Position numbers and translations under genes: made by a program. A stretch of DNA of 58,441 nt, counting the filler, from Sphacelaria rigidula (lineage: Eukaryota), in assembly GCA_964200075.2 (NCBI GenBank). It is 8 parts of 8 records of this genome, joined end to end, with 100 filler letters (N's around TTAATTAATTAA, not from the genome) between each part and the next. Parts side by side here need not be neighbours in the genome. Positions count along the whole stretch, not along the records: positions 43,908 to 51,124 come from CAXNAA020015917.1; positions 51,225 to 58,441 come from CAXNAA020015918.1; 6 more parts are not named here. The stretch is one strand, 5' to 3'. Below the pieces are notes generated by a model. It was not told where the DNA came from and searched no databases. It saw only the letters and a program-made list of their open reading frames with translations. This document shows, in pieces, positions 47,701 to 58,441 of the stretch (position 1 is the stretch's first letter; the number at the start of each line of letters is the position of its first letter).

Positions 47701-50700
47701 GGAGAGCGTTTACCAGAGATGAAGTAAAGGAGTGCGTAGCTAAACTCAAGAACAGAAAGGCAGTAAGGGCAGACGGAATTGTGAATGGGAGGGGAACTGC
47801 CGATTGTAGACCAGTATACACACCTCGGCGTGGAGATATCAAAACTCTGTTCTTGGGATGCTCACATGAATTAATAGAAAAGGGTAAGGCACAGATAGGC
47901 AAGATGGACGTGGTCCTCAGAGACTCGCACCTGGACACTAGGATTAAGAGATGTATCCTGATGAACGTGATTGTAACAAAGCTGTGGTGCGCAGGAGAAG
48001 TATGGGAGGGGAACGCGAAGTTGGTGAAGAAGTCGGAAACAGTACAGATGGCAGCAGCTAAGAAAATACTTGGATGCTCGGAAACGACGAGTAATACAGT
48101 TTTGAGAGCAGAGTTGGGAATGTACTCACTTCAAACAAACGGAGATATTTGAAAGTTGCAATGACAATATAGCGTGAAGAACATGCAGAGAAAGAGATTG
48201 CCAGCTATAGTTGATAAGGCTTCATGGAAGAAAATTACGCAAGGCAAGGCTAGAATAAGGTTAAAAAGGTCGAGAGAGTATGGAAAGAGATGGGAGGAAA
48301 CCAAGACGAAATTATGTCCATAGGTGAAGGCGCGGTGTACAAGACAAGGGGAAAAGATATGATAGAAAGAAGGGGGGGGAAAGCGCTTAGACGCAGAGTA
48401 GACGACGAAGAACACCTGAAGATATACAGGGGGTTGAGAAAGGGGTAGGGGTGAAAACATATTCGCATGGCCCAATGGATGCGGCAAGAAAATTAAAACT
48501 GCGATTTCGGGTGGGGGACCTGGACCTGCCGGGAAAAAGGAAGAGGTATACCGGTAGTCGAAAGGAGGAAGTAGATGGACAGAATTGCCCCTGTGGCAAA
48601 GCGAAAGATATTGTAACTCATATTGTGGCAGAATGTGAGCTATACAAGGAGGAACGGGACATGCTAGAGGGGAAAATGCGGGACATAAACGAAGATGGCA
48701 TGAAATCGTTTGACGCATTACACATTAGGGAGAAAACGATGGCTGTACTGGGAGATAGACGGTGGCCACAGACGGCAAAACAGGACGGGGATAATATATG
48801 TAGAAGGTTTTATGTAATGTATGGAAAAAACGAAATGAGCGCCGGAATGTTGGAGGTGTCTTTATCAGGAGCAGGAACGGTGCTCCGTCTCGAAAGGGAT
48901 GCGTGGTCAATGGTCAAACGACTAAGGCAGGCAACAAATGAGCACGCCCCCCTCCCCAGGCACCCATGAGGTGATGTATTCCATACAGTACTTGTCTCCG
49001 AAAGTGGCGATGCCAGGAAAAATAAAAAGCAACTCTCTCGAGGCTGTTATCCATGTGCAAGATAATAAGTACGCTTCGGGCCGAACAATCTTGGCGGGAT
49101 GCAGCTCACCCTTCATGCGACTCGCCGAACACATAACGACGCTTCGCACGTGGTGATTAGTCGTGAGCCTGGTCCGGCAGATTCCCGGCGTGCTCCGTCC
49201 TGGCGTTACAGGGATGCGAGGTGAATGGTCTCACGATTACGGCATTCAAGATCATGAGTACACCCCCCCCCCCCCTCCCCAACCAACCCACATGTTCATG
49301 TCAGGCGGCGGAAAGATTTGGAGACGTGAACGACAGGCTCAAGGCATCCGGGCAGACGTTCGAGCAGTCCAAGCAGAACGCAGCGGGTGCCACCCATAAG
49401 TTCAACGAGGCCAAGCAGAGAAGGTTACCCCCCCCTCCGCGCGTGCGCCCGCTTTGCTGTCATTTTTTCCCTTCAGTTTTCTTGTTGCATCTGTGAAAAA
49501 CGTTCCCCTTCGCTCTTGTCCTTATTTCCTTCGTCTAACATTGACATCCCTCCGCCCGCCCCCCGCCGCCCCCTGTCCTCTTCCTATTCCTCGGGACAAG
49601 CCATATTTCCTCCGTCACTTACCTTGTCTGGTCGATTGGTTGGTTTGATTGATTGCATGAATGATCGCAAGAACCTCCCCCTCCCCCTCGAAAATAAAAT
49701 AAAAAATACATACTTCGTATGCAAGATAATCAGTACGCATCGGGCCGAACAATCTTAGCAGGATGTAGCTCAACCCTTCATGCCACTCGCCGGACACATC
49801 ACGGCGCTTCGTGCGGAGTGATTGATTGCGAGCCTGGTCCGGCGAAAACCCGGTGTGCTCCGTCCCGGCTTTTGTATGGATGCGAGGTCCATGGCCTTTA
49901 TATGACTACGGCATGCAAGATCTTGAGTACACTCCCCCCGCCTCCCCCCCCCCCAAAATAAATAAATGAAAGAGTAAATAATCGGGGAGAAGAACGGCGG
50001 CTGAAGGAAACGCGGGGAAAGGGAAAAACGTGCCCCTCACTATTGTGCTATCAACCATCGGATTCTATCATCGCCGCACAGGACCCCCCAACCAATCCAC
50101 TGGTATATTTCCCGCTCTATTGCCTGTCCCTGTTGTGATGATCATCAAAATGACAGGTATGACACGTTCATGCAGGCGTACGGCCACGTCTCCTCCAACC
50201 TCGACAAAATCTACAAGGTGAAGGAGGTGTAGGTATAGTGAAGATACATCAACCGTCGTATCGAGTTCATCCAAGTATATTCTTATTCATTCACATGGTG
50301 TTTGGTGACGATACCGTAGCGATCAAGTGTAACAGTGTAGTTGTGCGATGCACGGGACTGTGCATTTTGGAAGCACGGTAAAAGAATATTTTCAGTGCCT
50401 GTCTGTCTGCCTGTCTGTCTCCTGTTTTCAAATATCAAAAGAGGAAAATTCATTCCGTGAAGAAAACAGCTCGTCAACATTCCGCTCCACGAACTTGAGC
50501 ACATGCCGTAACCTGTGTTTCGTGACGCGCGTTCTCCCCTCTCTTTTCCCACATGTAGATATGTCTCGAAGTCGCCGATAAATCGCATGTTACGGGACTC
50601 GCTGAGCATAACGCCAACTCGTACGCAGGCGAAACGTGGCCAAACTTGATCACTGACCTGACTGTTGTCGTTTTTATTCTTCTTTGTTCTTCCTATTTCC

Positions 50701-50973
50701 TTTCCCCCCCGTCCCCGCCTAACACACACGCATACACACCTCGCCGCTGCCTCTATTTCTGCCGTGATACACGAAAAAACAGGACCTGACGAAGAGCAGC
50801 AAGCACCCTCTCGGGGGAACCGCGTTCCTGAGCCTGGATGACCAAGAGGAGCCTTACCTGGGAGGTTTGAAGTACAACGCCATGCCCCCCATGAAGCGCT
50901 TTCGTGACATGGAGCAGTTGTCGGGCGGAGAGAAGACGGTCGCGGCGCTGGCGCTCCTGTTTGCAATCCACAG
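44713..50973 (+). CDS. SMC1: Structural maintenance of chromosomes 1 (cohesin), near-C-terminal fragment; exons 44713-44862, 45662-45793, 49305-49423, 50157-50217, 50783-50973
   Basis: GT-AG exons with compatible phases give ...VDLSKLKK...EIDLMQPNMK-AAERFGDVNDRLK...KFNEAKQRR-YDTFMQAYGHVSSNLDKIYK-DLTKSSKHPLGGTAFLSLDDQEEPYLGGLKYNAMPPMKRFRDMEQLSGGEKTVAALALLFAIH. This contains the ABC signature LSGGEK in the SMC1-specific context PPxKRFRDMEQ. Confidence 0.95.
45995..46278 (+). mobile_element. 5'-truncated LINE family A copy in an SMC1 intron
   Basis: Translates LEGEMRDMNEGGMDSFDALDSREKT..ILGDGWWPQTAKQDG and ends ATGAGTAC. C runs flank both sides. Confidence 0.88.
46300..48945 (+). mobile_element. 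RTEX-like LINE family A: APE endonuclease, RT with core deleted, C-terminal CCHC; degenerate, in an SMC1 intron
   Basis: APE motifs DIAGIHE, GGVG, GNIYMPP, GDFNARVG and TDH are present. The RT start KLKNRKAVRADGIVN is fused directly to the IVDQYTHLG region. These are followed by RLPAIV and CPCG-x-HIVAEC. The copy has multiple stops and frameshifts. Confidence 0.92.
48958..49261 (+). mobile_element. SINE-like family B immediately downstream of LINE A
   Basis: Colinear with 36109-36410 and ends CATGAGTAC plus a C run. Confidence 0.85.
49718..49930 (+). mobile_element. 5'-truncated SINE-like family B in an SMC1 intron
   Basis: TATGCAAGATAATCAGTACGC...CTTGAGTAC followed by a C-rich tract. Confidence 0.85.
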
Positions 50974-53149
50974 GTCAGAGAGAGACAGAAAGAGGGAAGA
51001 AAAAAACAGACAATGAGTCATATGCTGCAATGAGGGGGGGGGGGGGGGGATTACCCGAAAAAAAGACCCGGTATTTGCCACAACAGCCCAAAAACCCTCG
51101 CGGTGGGCTATTTTTAGTAAAAAANNNNNNNNNNNNNNNNNNNNNNNNNNNNNNNNNNNNNNNNNNNNTTAATTAATTAANNNNNNNNNNNNNNNNNNNN
51201 NNNNNNNNNNNNNNNNNNNNNNNNCTATTGCAGAAAGCATGTTGGGCCTCGTGTAAGTGCATTTCGGAACTGAAACGATTAATTCACTGATTGACCGCTT
51301 TTCACTCTCAATCCTATCATCTACTCTCCATCTCACGAAAACACTGTTACTCGCGGTGCGCTTGTATTTGGGTAAAAGCAGTGTAAAGCAGCATGGAAAA
51401 CTTTGCCCAACGGACTGGGGTCCGAAAAATCAATCCACGGCAGAAACTCGGCTGTAGACGGGCTGAAATCCCCATATTTCTACACGTCAAAATTCGTTGC
51501 CATAAAAGTGGGTCTATAACCAATCATATTTCTTTTGTTGTACTGCAGGGCAGGATGCTGTAAACGTAGGCGGCGATAAGTTATTTGCTTCAAACTACCG
51601 GGAATCGTGAAATCGTTTTTTTTAGGCACTTCTTCAGGGCTATTTCTTGAAGAACAAAAATATGTTGATAGTTGATAGTTGATGGTTGTGTTGCTGCGGC
51701 ATGGACAACATGATATTAGCTGGGTGTTCAAGTGTTATCCTGTCATGAGAGTGTGCATTGCGTAATGACAACAGTTCACACCCGCCGCAGCCCATGCGCA
51801 GGGACACAGTGCATCCGGGCAGATAACGACATTTGGATGCTCTGAGTACTCTACACGGCCGTATACCGCAAGTAGGGAAACTTGTGAAATCACACCATCA
51901 TCGCACTACAAGTACCTACCGTTGTCTGCTGTCTGCTGTGCGGACTGTACACTATGTACAGCGGGCAACAGACGACAGCAGTACAGAAGTACTACTGTAC
52001 AGGGCCTATAGTGCTCTGAACAGTTGACACAAGTGATGCGATACAGGACCACTCCCGCTACTCGTGCTGCCACTTGGATAGCCTGCACAGTACAGAGACA
52101 CAGTGTACAGAGAGCGTGGTCTCTTGTACAACAGCAGTGCAACAACAACAGTATGATGTGGCGGTATTATCGATGGCAAGCAGTTGATGCATACTGTATG
52201 CAGTTCGTCTTGTCAGAGCATCCATACAACCAAGCATGCGCGGTGCTTGGCTGACCAAGAACACAAGACGATTGTGTGCTCATCAGTATCGAGCAGAGAG
52301 TTTATCGCCGCAGGCGTGCGGTCTTCTGCCCTACGACAAGATGCTTTCTTACAATATGATGAATTTCCCGTGTGTGTTATATTACGTATATATTTTCCTC
52401 CATCTACAGGCAGTCAGTCATGGCTCATATGTCAGAGCCGTGTCCATGTTGTCTACGCTGTGTTTCATCAGAAAGGTTGACATCACTGTTTGCGCTTCCG
52501 ATTTTTTTGCGGCAGGATCCTGACACGAAACATGCGCCGACAAAACGGGCAAGATCACCCTCTGCGACACAGCAGGCACGGAGCTATCGGTGTTGATGCG
52601 TGGTGTTGGNNNNNNNNNNTGTTGGCCGCAGTGCGCTCTCGCACGCAAGATCAACATATCGCCGGCCGTAATCTAATCAAGGCTGTACTAACTTCAACTC
52701 ACTTCGAAGAACACGTGCTCAAAACTGCAATGTAACGGAGACAAGCATGGCATATCAACATGTACGGGCTGATATTCCATTCGGACGACGAAAGCACGGT
52801 TGGTCATAAACATCACAGAGTAAGACCATGCTGCGCGCCGCTCACCCCGACTAATGGTACGCAGCCGATCGTCTCTACCCATAACCCCACCCCCACCTCC
52901 GATCAACGATCTTTTCCTCCTTTTCCTTCCACTCCAGGCCGTCGGTAGGGTGCGCTCCGTTTCCAGGTACTCGTCAGTCATCTCCACTTTGGGCCGCTGC
53001 TATTGCGAGCATCCTGCTCTTCCCTTTGTTCTTGGGTTTGATGGTGGTATCCTCGCCTCGAAGCTTCCGCTGCAATAGAGCAACACTCCCCCCACATCGG
53101 CAGACTACAAGTTGTCTGCTGTCTGCTGTGCGGTATTGGTATGTACACT

Positions 53150-53236
53150 GTGCGTGTGTGTGTTGTCCCATCTATTCTTGACGCCGGTCTAGATCTTTTT
53201 GTATATATATGTGGGCGCACCAGCCGGGGTCACACA
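53150..53236 (-). mobile_element. 3' fragment of SINE family C
   Basis: GTGTGACCCCGGCTGGTGCGCCCACATATA...TAGATGGGACAACACACAC on the minus strand. Confidence 0.7.
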
Positions 53237-54014
53237 CACAGAAGGTCCGTGTTCAGGTTCTGATCCTAGAAAACACTGCAGAACTACTGTGTTGTTTTGT
53301 GTTGAGTGTAGTACTCTGTACTCCTTACACCACTGCAAAATTGTCTTGTCTTGAGTGTACTGCCCTGTACTCGAGATAATGGGGTCATTGTTCGAGCAGT
53401 TTTTCGAAACGTTCTGCTCGTTTTTTTAGACGTTCTGCTCGTTTTTTTCAAGTATTCCGAAAAAAACGAGAGTGTTTTCTGTCACAGAAACCCTATGCCG
53501 AATCTGGAATAGCCTGAGACAACAACCAACTTGAAAATTGGAATACCTAGTACGGTCATCCTCATTGTGCGGAGTTGAGGTTCTCCCACGCCACGCCGCA
53601 CAATATGATCTAGCTCGACTACCATCATGGTTACCGCAAAAAAAGAAAAACAAGCAAACACAATCAATCGGTAACCTGGTTGCCTGACTTTTTGTATACA
53701 TAATATCGTCAAGTGTTTCCCGCGCATGACCTTACCCCTTGCGCGCTGTACTCGAAGATAGCCACCAGGAGAGCAAACCAACGAATTCTCACGTAATCTC
53801 GGCATACGTTTCCTAGCGTAATCGCATCGTCTCAAGCATGTGGGTTGCGAATTATTTTCGAATATTGAGCATCACCTGTTGTCGGTGAATGGAAACATCT
53901 CCCACGCTCTTCTCTCTCCATTCTGTCTATCGTGGATCAACACCATCAGCATTATTCGTACGAATGTGCAGATAGATGAGCCGCTTCATTTTTTTAACTT
54001 CGAATCATAAACGA

Positions 54015-54361
54015 CGTGTGTTGTGTGTTGTCGTCCCATCTACTGTGGACGCCGGTCTACACCTTTCGGTTTATGTGGGCGCACCAGCCGGGGTCACACA
54101 GGAGGAAGGCCAACACAGGAGTTATTCTTTTTTTCCTTTGTTTTTCAGTACTCCACCTTCTTTCTGCGGTGCTTGCCTTGATTTTTTATCGCGAGAGGGG
54201 TTCAGCAGTCCCTTTCCCTCGTCGATCATCAAGTCGAATTTTGCGCCCATGATGAAGTCGTCCTCCACTGTTGCACACAATCCCAGATCGCTCCGAGATT
54301 CGAACTCACCCAATCGTCACAAGATTTCGAGGTTACCAACTGAGCCACCGGGGCAACCCGC
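54015..54361 (-). mobile_element. Full-length tRNA-derived SINE family C
   Basis: Head GCCCCGGTGGCTCAGTTGGTAA (A box) ... GAGTTCGAATCT (B box). Body and CA tail as at 30788-31155. Confidence 0.85.
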
Positions 54362-56894
54362 CCGTCCCTTCAGTATTTGAGATCGCAGTCCTTCAAATAT
54401 GCATGGTATTTGAGGAAATTAATCTGTACTCACTACGCTTAGTGCTCATCAGTGACTGCACAGCCCCGTGGTCAATCCTTCGGGCTCAGACCCGTCATCA
54501 ACGTTTTGATTTAGGCGTGCAGGGTGCTTAGCTCCTGGTATACCAAACCACAGCATCGGAGCACCACCGGAACATGAAAAACAGATCAAGTACATTATTG
54601 GAAAGTAACCACCGTCGATCGATTTCTGATCTTCACTCAACAAAAACGTCCCTCTTTCATGTATTTTCGGGGACACCATATCTCCCTTCAAATTCATTCG
54701 CTCGATCTGAGGGGTTTTTTCTGGGTATATACACGACAGAAGAAATCAAGCGCGCCTCTATATTTACTCACATATTACTGACAATAGTGCCTCTCTTCGT
54801 CACACCACAACGCTAACGTGGTCCCCCGTCGTCACTCACAAAGATACAGCACTGGAAACTCAGACATCAGCGCCTATGAACACAAGAACATAAGCATAGT
54901 CGAGAAAGACCCGACCAGAACACCCTCAAGTGTCGACCAACCAAAAAGCAAGCCAAAAAGGAAGACAGACCAACGCGAACGAAGTGGAATCAGTGAACGC
55001 TCAGATGTGTCACAAGCATATGGCCGTATACTGGTGCCCATAAGCAAACCGATGAATATCGTATCACACCGGTAATTGGTAACGACTTCGCCTGTTTGTC
55101 GTTTCGGCTATCAAGCACGATGTAGAGGCCGTCATCTCATGAACAATGACCTCAGTACGGCAGAGCTTGCGCCCTCGTCTGGCGTCACAGACGCAACCAC
55201 AGATATTTTACGATACGAATGACGTCCATGGTGCGATCAATTTCCACCTGCACACAAGGCCCAGAAAGGTTCCACACCGAACTGGTTCCGAGGCTCGCTG
55301 CACTCTGACCTGGGGTCAAACAGACCACTACCACTGCGAGACCGATTCACGCCTTAGACCCACGGGGCCACTACCGGTCATCGCGTTTGCTTACGCACAC
55401 GCCAATTGCTTGTACCCTTTGGTAACCCGTCATGTTGAAACCGAATCACTCGCTGAATTATTCTCCAACTCGCGGTTCATCAGTTCACCTATTAGCACCT
55501 CCCACAGCTACCACCTCACATCACCCCAGCTTCCAGTCGGGACTCTTAACGGTGATCGAGGAATGGAGCTACGCCCTCTACGGGGTACAGGGCGTTCTAA
55601 ACAGTTCATGCGGGCGTCATCATTCTCCTACTTACATCATCGTCGTGGTCATATCATTACTCTGAATACAGTGAATTAGTCGTTTGCGGACGGATTTCTG
55701 ACCACAAAAAAGCAGATTCCTCGATACATTCGCTGTACTTGCGTATGCAAGAAGCTCGTTCTTTTTCATTTTTTGTTTTTGCCATCATGGAACCGTTCTT
55801 CTATTTTCCTTTTTTTTTCGAACCGATAGTTTACGTTTTCAAGAACGGCCGGCCTTGATGTTGGCCGCCGCCTGGTGTATTTGAGAGATCCGATCCGCGT
55901 GGTCGGAGAACCGGATCATACGCCCGTGTCCAGGCAAGATCCACCTGTTAATAACGACAATATGGGGGACAAGGGTCGTGGAGTAGAGGAGGCATGAGAG
56001 CTAGAGCTGGGATCGCGCGCCCTCCGAAGAGAAATTGCAATCAGCGACATTGAAAACAGAGTTAAACTGAAATCGGTATTAAAATTGGACATGATTTGGG
56101 GGGAAAAAAAAGAGACAAAAATGAACGAAACAAAATGCAAGATTTGAGAAATAATTGAAATACCAACAAAATTATAAAAGTGAGGAAGACGAATGATGAA
56201 ACAGACGTAAAAAAGGTAGAGAAATAATACGTGAGCAGGAAGAAATTCACCGAAAAGCGCTGAGTTTGATGAGATTACAACAATGACGGCTAGCACGATG
56301 AGCAGAGACACCAGTACGAGTCCGAGAAACGCACGGAAATTTCGAAGTTCAGACTGCAACCGGTTAAACGAAGCGGTGCACTCAAAACTCTCGAACGGCA
56401 GCAATCTGTAGATATGCAGAAGTGGCGGGTACTACTCTCTACGCACGCCTTGCGGGGCGTATGCAATAAACCTCTTGCTCACCGGAAATCGAGTTCTGGC
56501 CTGGCCAGGAGTTCCATGCTGTCCCCTTGGAGCGTGTGGTTCCATCCGTACCTGCCCGTGTGGCGGGCGTTGTGCCGAACGAAAACACACACACACGAGT
56601 GCGGACGAGAACCCGGACAACGGGGTGTGGCAATTGTCGTGGTGTCATAATCCAGCTGTTTGGAAGCCTCATGTCACGGCAATTTTTGTGGACAATTTTG
56701 AACCACGCATGATTGTTTTAGTTCATTTCTTCCGCTTATTTTATCACGAACGTCGAATCGACGATAATATCGAAAGAGCCAGCGGAAAATACAGACATAT
56801 CTGCGACCGATAAAAAAACGTTCCGCACAACTACGCAAAACAAATTTTGGGCTCTACTTGTGCTCTGCCGAAGCGTTCGTATTTCAACCGTAAG

Positions 56895-56958
56895 GTAACA
56901 TACGCCTTGGACGACACCGTGGTGTAAGTAACATACGCCTTTCATGACACCGTGGTGT
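56895..56958. repeat. 33-bp tandem duplication
   Basis: GTAACATACGCCTT....GACACCGTGGTGT at 56895 and 56928. Confidence 0.8.
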
Positions 56959-57732
56959 GAAACACAAGTCAAGTAGCGGGAGGTCGTCCTCTTTGTCTCC
57001 CCGCCAAACGAGATTACATGTAAAACAAACGAACCATGAGTGCAACGGAAGTTCGAACACTCCCACCAAGCAAGAGCGAGTGACGGCACAAACATTTTTT
57101 GTGTTTCTCATGTGCGCCAGGACAACACTCCCATCGACGACGGTTGTCATCTTGACTCTTCGAAGCAACCACGCATACCTCGGTTGTTTTCACTACGGTA
57201 GGTGAGCAGTCGTCTGGATACACTAGTCCGAGAGACACTTCGAGGGTCATGAAGCAACACGTCTAAATCATCGTGAAACTCCGGGCTCAATACCACCACC
57301 CGCGACTTCGTCGCTCGTCGCCGCTTTCTTTGAAAAACGTCCCCCGTCACAACGCGGGACGGGGAGGGACGGCGCACCCCAACTGATGCGAGCATGCGGC
57401 GAAAAAAACTCTCCCGGACAATCCATCGCCAATCAGTTGAGTTCCGTGCAGCGTCTTTCCTCCGCGTTTCCTCCGCGGCAATGTCGATCGCATCTGCCCA
57501 GTGAAACACGCTCGTTCACCTCGAGGTCCGTCATGGACTGGTGCCGCCATAGCCCCCCCCCAGAGAAGTGGATGGTTCCAGGAGGAAAAATGCACTTGTT
57601 ATTAATAGTCGAGATGATAAAACCCTAGCAGACGGAGCAACTGGAAACTGCCACGCTCGGGGTCACCTTCGCCATGTCACCCGTATGAGGCGCTTCATTT
57701 AGTCTGAAATCAGCTAACATGCGCTTCATGTA

Positions 57733-57866
57733 GTCATTGTCTCCGTGACGGCTTTGGGATTAGTTTGGGGGTGTACTCATGATCATGCATGCGTACACCC
57801 CCAAACCAACCCCAAAGCCGTCACGGAGAAAATGACCGTGACGGCTTCGGGGTTGGTTTAGGGGGG
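57733..57866. repeat. Fold-back inverted repeat (44-bp arms) with a third direct copy
   Basis: 57733-57776 and 57793-57836 are complementary with 3 mismatches. CCGTGACGGCTT.GGG.TT.GTTT.GGGG recurs at 57836-57866. Confidence 0.85.
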
Positions 57867-58376
57867 AGCTATCGCGGCATCACTCATACACCGTGATCAA
57901 TCCGCTGTTCACCGTCATGTTTATTCACGTATCGCGGTGGGATCACTGCGAGAGCAATGCGCACGCAAAGGCAGATGCCCGATCATTGTGTGGCGCTTTT
58001 TGTCGAACGTTGTGGATTATGCCGAAAAAAGCAATCGGCCATTTCCCTACCGTCAAGAATGCCACCTTGAATGCCACGAAAGCCTTGGTTGTTGAACGAC
58101 GATGACCTCACACCGCTTCATGGGGCTGGTTTCACGAGCGAGGGGTGGTACCTTAAACCTCGTGTCGGAGCAGAACAAACGTACCATGCTGCCGGCTAAT
58201 GTAGCCAAAGTGGTTACGGGCAATGGGCACTGAAAGAAGTCGATTGCAGGCCATTTCGACACCTTCTGCGACCAATCTTGTGTCAATTTTCAACACGATC
58301 ACTTCGCGTCAGTCTTCCGGTTACTATACTCCGTCTCTTCTATCTCCGTTTCCGGTGAAACAGTGCATTTTGGGGT

Positions 58377-58441
58377 GTACTCATGATCATGCATGCCATA
58401 GTCATAAGACCATTGACCTCGCATCCCTACAAAGCCGGGAC
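58377..58441 (-). mobile_element. 3' end of SINE-like family B (cut by window end)
   Basis: Reverse complement reads GTCCCGGCTTTGTAGGGATGCGAGGTCAATGGTCTTATGACTATGGCATGCATGATCATGAGTAC-ACCCC. Confidence 0.85.

Noticed and set aside
1-58441. Fanzor/TnpB, Cas, giant-virus or prokaryotic operon-like system
   Set aside because: No RuvC, HNH, capsid or polymerase motifs and no gene-dense intronless block were recognisable. The contigs are unlinked, so apparent gene neighbourhoods are meaningless.

Overview
Eukaryotic, repeat-rich DNA, most likely from a brown alga (Phaeophyceae). This is inferred from the long TE-filled introns, a flagellar DRC11/IQCA1 gene, RTE-type LINEs and TTAGGG-type repeats. 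The window is not one locus. It is eight separate contigs of 7217-7218 bp (1-7218, 7319-14536, 14637-21854, 21955-29172, 29273-36490, 36591-43807, 43908-51124, 51225-58441) joined by artificial N44-TTAATTAATTAA-N44 spacers, so no synteny can be read across gaps. Reading splice sites recovers three multi-exon gene fragments that the ORF track largely misses: SMC1 (5 exons near the C-terminus), IQCA1/DRC11 (4 exons) and an unknown disordered/coiled-coil protein. The rest is mostly degenerate retroelements (an RTEX-like APE-RT-CCHC LINE, an RTE LINE, two SINE families), several MITEs and mini/microsatellites. The most striking signal is a LINE plus ~300-bp SINE pair that lack poly(A). They share a 3'-terminal three-helix RNA fold ending in GAGUAC and appear to insert into C-homopolymer tracts, including each other's flanks. 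Also notable is a TGT...ACA MITE with a 5-bp TSD that carries telomeric repeats.
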